Shown piece by piece: positions 57,219 to 64,000 of a stretch of 64,000 bases of DNA (position 1 is the stretch's first letter; each line of letters begins with the position of its first letter). The translations under genes were made by a program, and so were the position numbers. Source of the DNA: an uncultured delta proteobacterium (GTDB lineage: Bacteria > Desulfobacterota > GWC2-55-46); contig CAVSHY010000017.1 of assembly GCA_963727865.1 (NCBI GenBank), positions 109-64,108 of the forward strand, given 5' to 3'. The notes under the pieces were generated by a model. It saw only the letters and a list, made by a program, of their open reading frames with translations. It was not told the DNA's origin and searched no databases.

Positions 57219-57332
57219 TCCCCGCCCATTAGCCATCGATCCTTGACCGGCTTTTTCCAGGATGATACGTTAAATGGTTTCTTGAAAGAGAAAAAAGAGT
57301 CGTGACGACTTAAATAAAGGGTTGGAACCGTA

Positions 57333-58361
57333 ATGAAGAAGACCTATATAAAAGATATAAAAGAAAGAGACCAGATATCGGATCTCTTTCTTGTGAGCAG
57401 GAAAGAGACAGGGATCAGCAAATCCGGGAAACCGTACCTTAATTTGAAGCTGATGGACTCAACCGGAGAGCTTGAAGCCAGGGTCTGGGAAGACGCCGAG
57501 GCATTGGGCAATAACTTCCAGAAAAACGACGTAGTATCCATCAAGGGGTTTGCCGTCGCCTACCAGGGAGGAGTTCAGGTCAATGTCACCGCGATAAAAG
57601 CTATCCATGAAAACGAATACTCCATAAGAGACTTCCTGCCGTCGTCGCAAAAAGACCCAAAGGAGTTGATGGATGAGCTTACCAGGGTTATATCAGGCAT
57701 AAAAGACAAATACCTCAAGGGGCTTTTAACCGCTATATTCAAAGACCCGGACGTAAGGGAACGCTTCAGCCTCGCACCCGCGGCAAAGAGCATGCACCAC
57801 CCGTATCTCGGGGGGCTTCTTGAGCATGTAATTTCGATCTGCGGACTCGTTGAGAAGGTGACTGACCACTATAAAAAAGGCGTAAACAAAGACCTTCTGC
57901 TTACGGGCGCGATCCTTCACGACATCGGTAAAATCTATGAACTTTCTTATAAAAGGTCTTTTGATTACACGGACGAAGGCAGGCTCCTCGGCCATATAAC
58001 CATCGGCGTTGAGCTTGTTGACAGGAAAATCCGTGAGGTGGAGGGTTTCCCTCAAAAGCTTGAGGTGCTCCTTAAACATATGCTCCTGAGCCACCACGGG
58101 CACCTGGAGTTCGGCTCGCCCAAGAGGCCCAAGACAATGGAGGCGATTATTCTTTATTATCTTGACGACCTTGACGCGAAGGTCGCCGCGGTACAGTCTC
58201 TTACCGAAAATGACAGGGAGAAAGATTCGAGCTGGACCTCTTACCAGAAAATTTTTGAGAGATATATATACAAGGGCGGGGTACAATCGGAGAATAAAAC
58301 CGGGGATAAAGAAGAAAACGAAAAAGATGACGCCGGCCCGCTCAGCCTTTTCCGATCTTAA
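57333..58361 (+). CDS. yhaM: OB-fold + HD-domain 3'-5' exoribonuclease (YhaM-like)
   Basis: N-terminal OB fold (SKSGKPYLNLKLMDSTGELEARVWE) and an HD domain (ILHDIGK, LLSHHGHLEFGSPKRPKTMEA, YYLDDLDAK), collinear with B. subtilis YhaM. Confidence 0.8.
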   Translation: MKKTYIKDIKERDQISDLFLVSRKETGISKSGKPYLNLKLMDSTGELEARVWEDAEALGNNFQKNDVVSIKGFAVAYQGGVQVNVTAIKAIHENEYSIRDFLPSSQKDPKELMDELTRVISGIKDKYLKGLLTAIFKDPDVRERFSLAPAAKSMHHPYLGGLLEHVISICGLVEKVTDHYKKGVNKDLLLTGAILHDIGKIYELSYKRSFDYTDEGRLLGHITIGVELVDRKIREVEGFPQKLEVLLKHMLLSHHGHLEFGSPKRPKTMEAIILYYLDDLDAKVAAVQSLTENDREKDSSWTSYQKIFERYIYKGGVQSENKTGDKEENEKDDAGPLSLFRS

Positions 58362-58375
58362 GTCCGAATAATACC

Positions 58376-58978
58376 GTGCCATCAATCAAGAAAAACCTGA
58401 AAAAAGTCGCACTTAAGAGGCTCTTCAACTCTTTGAGGTCAGCTTCAGCGAAGGCCGCGAGTTTTAAGCACGCGACCCTGGTTCTCGGAGACGGGCCCGT
58501 CCCCTGCGGAGTTATGGTAGTCGGCGAAGCGCCCGGAAGGGACGAGACCAGACTCGGAAAACCCTTTGTGGGAAGGGCGGGAAAGTTTTTAATTTCCGTC
58601 TTAAAGGATGTCTTTAAAGCGGGGCGCGAGGATTTTTACATAACAAACGTTGTAAAGGTCTGGCCGACGGTCGAGACACTCAGGCTTAAGACCAGAAAGC
58701 CGTCGAGGGAAGAGGAGGAGTTTTTCCTGCCATATCTTGAAAAAGAGATACAGATAGTGGAACCGAGGGTTATCCTGGCCGTTGGTAAGACCAGTTTCTC
58801 AAACCTCGCGCCCGATAAGGTTTTTACCCCGGGGGTATGGGTTAAGGCTAAAGGGTTTCTTATTATGCCGGTATATCATCCGGCGTATATCCTGAGAAAA
58901 CAGAAAAACTTGAAAGAGAATACCGGAGAGTTAAAGGCCGCGTTAAGGAAGGTCAGAAGGGTTCTCAAAACGAAATGA
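58376..58978 (+). CDS. Uracil-DNA glycosylase superfamily protein (family 4/5-like)
   Basis: GEAPGRDETRLGKPFVGRAGKFL and the C-terminal HPAYILR motif. The N-terminal Cys pair of classical family 4 enzymes is not obvious. Confidence 0.75.
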   Translation: MPSIKKNLKKVALKRLFNSLRSASAKAASFKHATLVLGDGPVPCGVMVVGEAPGRDETRLGKPFVGRAGKFLISVLKDVFKAGREDFYITNVVKVWPTVETLRLKTRKPSREEEEFFLPYLEKEIQIVEPRVILAVGKTSFSNLAPDKVFTPGVWVKAKGFLIMPVYHPAYILRKQKNLKENTGELKAALRKVRRVLKTK

Positions 58979-58994
58979 ATCAGGGATCATATCT

Positions 58995-59177
58995 TCAAGC
59001 CTCCCCCTCACCCCCTGCCCGGGCTCTGGTTTGGCCGGGCCGCAGACCGGGCAATAAAGTTCTCCCCTGGTCACGGGCGCAAACGTGGCCGCATTCCGGA
59101 CAGCATACGCAGTCTGTGATGCGGTTTTTGCAAACAGGACAGATCTCTTCTTTTATCTCCTTATTTTTATCAGCCAT
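58995..59177 (-). CDS. Small Cys-rich (zinc-finger-like) hypothetical protein
   Basis: GAGGA lies 5 nt upstream of the ATG. Translation is MADKNKEIKEEICPVCKNRITDCVCCPECGHVC..., with a low-complexity tail. Confidence 0.35.
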   Translation of the reverse strand: MADKNKEIKEEICPVCKNRITDCVCCPECGHVCARDQGRTLLPGLRPGQTRARAGGEGEA

Positions 59178-59345
59178 AAATCCTCAGAATTATTATATCA
59201 AGGTTCATTTTTTTGTAAATGGGACAACTCTGCCCTTGACTTGGCATTGACATGTATAAACCTATGCTGGTTTATGATAAAATAATTCTGACGTCAGGCC
59301 TGTGAAAAATCAGCTAAACAAAACACTGAGAAAACGGAGGTTAGG

Positions 59346-59678
59346 ATGGAAACTTACTACAATCCCAATGACCTTGCCAAGTTCCCTTCCATAGGCGAAG
59401 GGGCGCCGGATCTATGGAAGAAATTCAACGAATGGTACGGCGCCGTATTCAGGGAAGGCGCGCTCACGGAAAGGGAGAAGGCTTTGATCGCGCTCGCCGT
59501 CGCCCATGCGGTGCAATGTCCTTACTGCATAGACGCCTACACGCAATCATGCCTTGAAAAAGGATCGAATAAAGAACAGATGACAGAAGCGATCCATGTA
59601 GCCTCGGCCATAAGGGGCGGGGCCTCGCTTGTTCACGGGGTGCAGATGAAAAACGCCGCTGAAAAAATAGGGATGTGA
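59346..59678 (+). CDS. AhpD/carboxymuconolactone-decarboxylase-fold protein (arsenosugar-biosynthesis-associated peroxidase-like)
   Basis: 110 aa. CxxC in AVQCPYCIDAY. It overlaps (TGATG) the downstream radical SAM gene, the usual pairing for this family. Confidence 0.75.
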   Translation: METYYNPNDLAKFPSIGEGAPDLWKKFNEWYGAVFREGALTEREKALIALAVAHAVQCPYCIDAYTQSCLEKGSNKEQMTEAIHVASAIRGGASLVHGVQMKNAAEKIGM

Positions 59679-60679
59679 TGGAGAAGATTGTTATGGGGCC
59701 GAATTCAAATACCCCCCTGAAGTTAAAGCCCTTCGATGAGTCGCTTAAACGCGCGAATCTATACCCCCTCACCTCGTCAGGGATAACGCTATTTCAGGTA
59801 AACATGGGCAGGCTCTGCAACCAGGCATGCCGCCACTGCCACGTGGACGCCGGCCCCAAAAGGACCGAAGTCATGTCAGGCGCTGTCATGAGCCTCATCC
59901 TCGACATTCTAAAAAAGGAAAGACACCCGGTAGTTGATATAACGGGCGGGGCCCCTGAGATGAACCCCGGGTTCATGAGCTTCGTTGAAAGCTGCGTTGA
60001 TATCGGGTGCCGCGTAAAGACCCGTACAAACCTCACCATCCTCAACGAAGACGGGTATGAGGATCTGCCGGAATTCTTCGCTGAAAATAAGGCGGAGGTC
60101 ATAGCCTCACTGCCCTATTTTCTCCCCGATTCCGCCGATAGGATGCGCGGGAGCGGCGTCTTCGACTCCTCGATCAAGGCTCTTTTAAAATTGAACTCCC
60201 TTGGTTACGGCATGGAAGGCACGGGGCTAATACTCAATATCGTATATAACCCGTGCGGGGCCTTTTTGCCACCGGCTCAAAAAGCCGTTGAGATGGACTT
60301 TCGAAGGGAACTGAAAAAACGCCACAATATAAGCTTCACTAACCTTTTTACGATAACAAACATGCCGGTAGGAAGGTTTTTAAAATTTTTGAAGGATTCA
60401 GGCAACCTTGAACGCTACATGGAAAGACTCTACAAAGCGTACAATTCTACGGCGGCGGCCAACGTGATGTGCAGAAATACTCTTTCAATAGGATGGGACG
60501 GTGTCCTTTATGACTGCGACTTTAACCAGATGCTCGGGCTTAAATGCGATCATGGGGCGCCTGATCATCTTAAGGATTTTGATAATAAAAGGCTCGCGGC
60601 AAGGCATATTGTTACAGGCCCTCATTGCTATGGATGTACCGCTGGCGGAGGGTCGAGCTGCTCAGGGGCTACGGCGTAA
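59678..60679 (+). CDS. arsS: Radical SAM / Cys-rich C-terminus protein ArsS (arsenosugar biosynthesis type)
   Basis: The radical SAM motif sits in VNMGRLCNQACRHCHVDAGPKRTEVM. The C-terminal Cys-rich tail is GPHCYGCTAGGGSSCSGA (a Cys form; some homologues carry Sec here). Confidence 0.8.
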   Translation: MEKIVMGPNSNTPLKLKPFDESLKRANLYPLTSSGITLFQVNMGRLCNQACRHCHVDAGPKRTEVMSGAVMSLILDILKKERHPVVDITGGAPEMNPGFMSFVESCVDIGCRVKTRTNLTILNEDGYEDLPEFFAENKAEVIASLPYFLPDSADRMRGSGVFDSSIKALLKLNSLGYGMEGTGLILNIVYNPCGAFLPPAQKAVEMDFRRELKKRHNISFTNLFTITNMPVGRFLKFLKDSGNLERYMERLYKAYNSTAAANVMCRNTLSIGWDGVLYDCDFNQMLGLKCDHGAPDHLKDFDNKRLAARHIVTGPHCYGCTAGGGSSCSGATA

Positions 60680-60707
60680 ACAATCCGGAAAGAATCTTCG
60701 CTAAGAT

Positions 60708-60737
60708 AAAAGGCTTACTCTCCAAAGTAAGCCTTTT
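60708..60737 (+). terminator. Rho-independent terminator after arsS
   Basis: An 11-bp stem AAAAGGCTTAC/GTAAGCCTTTT with an 8-nt loop, ending in a T-run. Confidence 0.7.
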
Positions 60738-60910
60738 AAAAACCATTTACTTCCATGGGTTTAGCGGCGGAAGTAAAAGAAATTTGATTAAAGACATATG
60801 TCCGGCCTCCTTTTATCCCTGGCCGGGTTAACCCACGGAGGGTTTTTAATATAAAATTCTGTTGTCAAAAAAAATTAAAAAATAATTCTGTCTGCAAAAA
60901 AGGCGTCTCT

Positions 60911-61336
60911 TTGAAAGCTATTACCATATCAATCGTATTCTTTTTGGCCTTATCCGGGCTTTATCAGGTGCCGGCCGCATATTGCTTTCAAAACACGGCA
61001 AAGTCGGATTTTTGCCCCGTTTCGGAACATAAAAACTGTCATCATAAATCATGCCGCCTTGATATGGGCGGGATGAACCGCCGCGGCGCGGCACACAACC
61101 ATTCGGTCCGTCATAAAAGCGGCAACAGCTCTCATTGCGAGACGCGTATAGAATGTTCCCACCCGGATGGGAGCCATCTCTACCCGGCTCACGGTTTTGA
61201 GATTTATTTACCGGCAAAAGTGGAATTATCGGCGTATTACCAGACCTTTTCAAAGAACTCCGAAAAGAAAATAACTTACGATAAAATAATATCTTTCCCC
61301 TTCGAAAGGCCTCCCGCGCTAACAGGTAATCTCTGA
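60911..61336 (+). CDS. Secreted Cys/His-rich hypothetical protein (putative periplasmic metal binder)
   Basis: TTG start and a signal peptide. The mature part is CFQNTAKSDFCPVSEHKNCHHKSCRLDMGG...AAHNHSVRHKSGNSSHCETRIECSHPDGSH. No family recognised. Confidence 0.5.
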   Translation: MKAITISIVFFLALSGLYQVPAAYCFQNTAKSDFCPVSEHKNCHHKSCRLDMGGMNRRGAAHNHSVRHKSGNSSHCETRIECSHPDGSHLYPAHGFEIYLPAKVELSAYYQTFSKNSEKKITYDKIISFPFERPPALTGNL

Positions 61337-61458
61337 TATCAGAGATTCGTTCGCAAGGCGTTCAGGCAGCCATTGTCTTACAATGATATCTAATGGCGCC
61401 GATTCGGTTTTGCGTCACCTTTAGCGCCCGCAACTAAAAAGATTACGGAGGCTCTTTT

Positions 61459-62424
61459 ATGAAGAAGCTTTTCTCGTTCTTATTTCTCGCTGTATTTCTA
61501 ATGTTGCGCGGTCCGGGTTTTGCCATTGCATGCGACTTCTGTCTTTTATCGCAGGGCATTTCACCCCTTCAAACATTAACCGGGGCCGGGCTGCGGATAA
61601 ACGGCCGGTATACTTTTAACGACGTGATATATCGCGGGACAGAGAAGCTCTCGAACCCCGGCGATAAGGAAAAATTCTTTACAACGGAATTTACAGGCTT
61701 CCACGGCGTAACCGAGGACCTGATGCTTCTTACGGTAGTCCCCGTAAAAGAGACGAGTCAGACCGGTGAACTTGATCGTGATACGATGACATTGGACACC
61801 AGCAAGAAAGGAGAGCAAAAAGGGTTGGGTGATGTGGCGGTAATGGGGCGTTATTCTTTCTACAGGAGACATACCCTCGACAGCACCACGGACGTGGCCG
61901 GGGTTTTAGGGATAAAATTCCCCACCGGCAAGACCGACGGAAGGACGGAAGATGGCACGGATTTCCTCGATTCCCATCTACAGCTCGGGACAGGCTCCTA
62001 CGACTACCTCGTGGGCTTATCTTTGAGCCACTCCGTCCAAAGGTTTTCCATTTCCGCCAACCTCCTCGGCACATTTACCTCAAATGGGCGGGATGGCAAC
62101 ATGAGACATCAGTTCGGAAATACGCTTAACTATGACGTCAACGCGAAGTACAGGGTCTACCCGGCGGATCTCGGGCAAACGGGCCCGCAATTCTTCCTCG
62201 CGCTTGGCCTGAATGGTGAGGTTACGGGAAGGGAAAAAAACGATGGTGTTACCGACCCAAATTCGGGCGGCGATACGACTTACATATCCCCCGGGGTTCA
62301 GGTCGTATTCGCGCCTCACTGGATAGCGGAACTTTCCTATCAGCAGGCGATATACCACAACCTTTACGGGACTCAACTTGGGACAGACTACAGGGCAACG
62401 GGCGGAGTAACATATCTGTTCTAA
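61459..62424 (+). CDS. Outer-membrane beta-barrel channel (MetA/phenol-degradation-like transporter family)
   Basis: Signal peptide, CDFC near the N-terminus, a GLGDVAVMGRYSF motif, alternating strand pattern, and a C-terminal ...GGVTYLF. Confidence 0.7.
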   Translation: MKKLFSFLFLAVFLMLRGPGFAIACDFCLLSQGISPLQTLTGAGLRINGRYTFNDVIYRGTEKLSNPGDKEKFFTTEFTGFHGVTEDLMLLTVVPVKETSQTGELDRDTMTLDTSKKGEQKGLGDVAVMGRYSFYRRHTLDSTTDVAGVLGIKFPTGKTDGRTEDGTDFLDSHLQLGTGSYDYLVGLSLSHSVQRFSISANLLGTFTSNGRDGNMRHQFGNTLNYDVNAKYRVYPADLGQTGPQFFLALGLNGEVTGREKNDGVTDPNSGGDTTYISPGVQVVFAPHWIAELSYQQAIYHNLYGTQLGTDYRATGGVTYLF

Positions 62425-62500
62425 AATTTAATTTAAGTTATTTTTGAAGTTCATGGAGCGCGCCCGGGAGGAACCTGTCCCGGGCGCGATAGGGAAGATT

Positions 62501-63034
62501 ATGAAGCATATATTTATTTTAACGGTCATGGCGTTCTGTGCGCTCTTATCAGGGAATGTTTACGGGATCGATAAAAAACTGCTCGACGCCGCGGGCATCA
62601 TGGAGATTGCCGAAGACGCACCCGACTTTACGGTGGTAAGCCAGCCCGGCCCCGCGATAAGCCTCAAAGGACTCAGAGGCAAAGTGGTAATTCTCCACAT
62701 GTGGGCCACCTGGTGCAAACCCTGCGAAAAAGAATTTCCGCTCTTTGAGAAGCTTTACGAGAATATGAAAGGCCGTGCGGTAGTGTTCCTGCCAGTCTCC
62801 ATAGACCTCAGGGCGACCCAGGAAGATATAAACGGGTTTGCGAAAGAGCACAGGGCGAGTTTCCCGGTCTATCTCGCCAGAAATGGAAATATAACAGATA
62901 GGTACTGGACCTGGGGCGTGCCTGTAACTTACTTCATCGATAAAAAAGGACGGATAATCGGAAGGGCCCTCGGCCAGAGGCGATGGTCGTCAGAGAACGT
63001 ATATTCGCTTATAAACGCCCTTGAGAAAGAATAA
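62501..63034 (+). CDS. TlpA-like periplasmic thioredoxin
   Basis: WATWCKPCEKEFP motif and a signal/anchor sequence MKHIFILTVMAFCALL. ATG 62501 is preceded by GGGAAG. Confidence 0.85.
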   Translation: MKHIFILTVMAFCALLSGNVYGIDKKLLDAAGIMEIAEDAPDFTVVSQPGPAISLKGLRGKVVILHMWATWCKPCEKEFPLFEKLYENMKGRAVVFLPVSIDLRATQEDINGFAKEHRASFPVYLARNGNITDRYWTWGVPVTYFIDKKGRIIGRALGQRRWSSENVYSLINALEKE

Positions 63035-63062
63035 GGTTTTGCGGTCTGCTTTAATTAAAAAC

Positions 63063-63107
<45 letters not shown>

Positions 63108-63273
63108 AGCTAAAAGACTAAAAACTATAACCTCTTGATTTATGGCTCGGTTTCCCGTTTTGCCTTAATTTTCAAGAGGTTAAAAGACCTTGTAATGAAA
63201 TTGCCCTTTTTGCTATTTCTTGTCCTTTTGGAAACATTTTAGCACAAAATTAGCACATACTTTTAAAATAAAC

Positions 63274-63693
63274 CTATCGTTTTTTTCTATTATCTATATA
63301 TCTGTCAATTCTGTCGTTTATATGTTGAATCTGATTTTTGAAATCTGCTTCTACCTTAGAAAAATCTTGTTTTAAGGACTCAACATCTTTAGTCAATGTT
63401 GTAAATTCACGAACTAAACCTCCGATAAATACTACGATTGCAATTGCCGTTACAATATAAATATGTATTTTAGAGATCTTAAATTCTTTTTTCTTCTCTT
63501 CCAACGGCTCTTTCGGTGTCGGATATTCTTTAAAGTGTGCTTTGTAATTTGTACTTCCTGTAAATACTTGTTCTTTATTTTCTACCGTACTGTTTGCCTC
63601 TCTTAGAGGCAAACTTCTTCTATAATCTTCTCTCTGTAGCTGCTCTGTAGATTTTGTACTATGATAAAAGTTTCTTTTTGATTTTTTAGCCAT
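63274..63693 (-). CDS. Hypothetical membrane protein with a coiled-coil C-terminus (island-encoded)
   Basis: 139 aa. Basic N-terminus, TM helix IYIVTAIAIVVFIGGLV, and a heptad-like C-terminus. AT-rich codon usage. Confidence 0.5.
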   Translation of the reverse strand: MAKKSKRNFYHSTKSTEQLQREDYRRSLPLREANSTVENKEQVFTGSTNYKAHFKEYPTPKEPLEEKKKEFKISKIHIYIVTAIAIVVFIGGLVREFTTLTKDVESLKQDFSKVEADFKNQIQHINDRIDRYIDNRKKR

Positions 63694-63717
63694 TTTTCTA
63701 TCTATCTATATTAAAAA

Positions 63718-64000
63718 TTATAACATTTTTTTAATATAAGAATCTGCTGCGGACATATGTTCGTCTATTTTAATATCATTTAATTTCCTTAACGGTTCAA
63801 AATACATTTGGTAATCAATAGACATTTTTATCATATTTTGGGGGCTATCAGATTCACTGTCTTCCTTCTTATTTGAATTTATTTCAATAATTAAATTCTT
63901 ATAATCTGATTTTTTGGAAAGCACTGCAAGAGCTTCAAAGGATGGGTTTTTTAGTGCAAATCTTATAGCAATATTATCTGGAGTCCCTCCCAAATCAAAC
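63718..64000 (-). CDS. Hypothetical protein, 5'-partial (frame open to the window end)
   Basis: The frame is open from 63718 to the last base of the window. AT-rich. No family recognised. Confidence 0.4.
   Translation of the reverse strand, partial: FDLGGTPDNIAIRFALKNPSFEALAVLSKKSDYKNLIIEINSNKKEDSESDSPQNMIKMSIDYQMYFEPLRKLNDIKIDEHMSAADSYIKKML

Larger units (their letters stand above)
63108..64000. mobile_element. Edge of an AT-rich integrated element inserted at tRNA-Pro (continues beyond the window)
   Basis: Starts exactly where the tRNA fragment ends. Composition drops sharply. It contains a 10-bp inverted repeat (AACCTCTTGA 63129-63138 / TCAAGAGGTT 63172-63181) and a TTAGCACA direct repeat with 11-nt periodicity (63239 and 63250). 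The genes inside are orphans. Confidence 0.55.

Overview
This 64-kb window comes from a Gram-negative-type bacterial chromosome. It carries Kdo/LPS genes and beta-barrel outer-membrane proteins. Spot counts of 60-nt lines give about 45-55% G+C. The lineage cannot be determined from sequence alone.

Backbone genes:
- tRNA-Val and tRNA-Asp, followed by the conserved tig-clpP-clpX-lon block and tRNA-Leu.
- kdsD-kdsA-pyrG-kdsB.
- A two-subunit biotin carboxylase, gltX, fabI and ispB.
- Several base-excision repair genes: nth, endonuclease Q, a UDG and a DUF2400 protein.
- galT-like, Nudix and OsmC genes, plus a selenocysteine-containing selD with a SECIS-like hairpin.

Accessory content worth attention:
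1. A minus-strand respiratory island at 11.1-18.9 kb. It has a ba3-like heme-copper oxidase operon whose catalytic subunit lacks the cross-linked Tyr (HASQQ). It also has SCO1/SenC and two tandem paralogues of an unusual cytochrome b + 2x[4Fe-4S] + MvhD-like fusion. A chemoreceptor with a heme-c (DUF3365-type) sensor sits next to it.
2. A Cyc2-like fused monoheme cytochrome-porin beside a TlpA thioredoxin and a cupredoxin (32.3-34.9 kb).
3. A GT2 / YdjC-deacetylase / ArnT-like trio that resembles lipid A aminosugar modification modules, preceded by two CgeB-like glycosyltransferases.
4. An AT-rich islet with a stand-alone SIR2_2-type protein (45.5-47.2 kb).
5. arsS plus its AhpD-like partner, followed by a Cys/His-rich periplasmic protein, an OM channel and a TlpA.
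6. A 45-nt tRNA-Pro(CGG) 3' fragment at 63.06 kb. It marks the edge of an AT-rich integrated element that runs off the window.
7. A composite block of truncated foreign gene fragments at 1-1989.

Caveats: several genes (pyrG, kdsD, selD and a porin) are interrupted by single-base frame changes, most of them at G/C homopolymers. I read most of these as assembly indels rather than biology. No CRISPR array, rRNA or transposase was seen.
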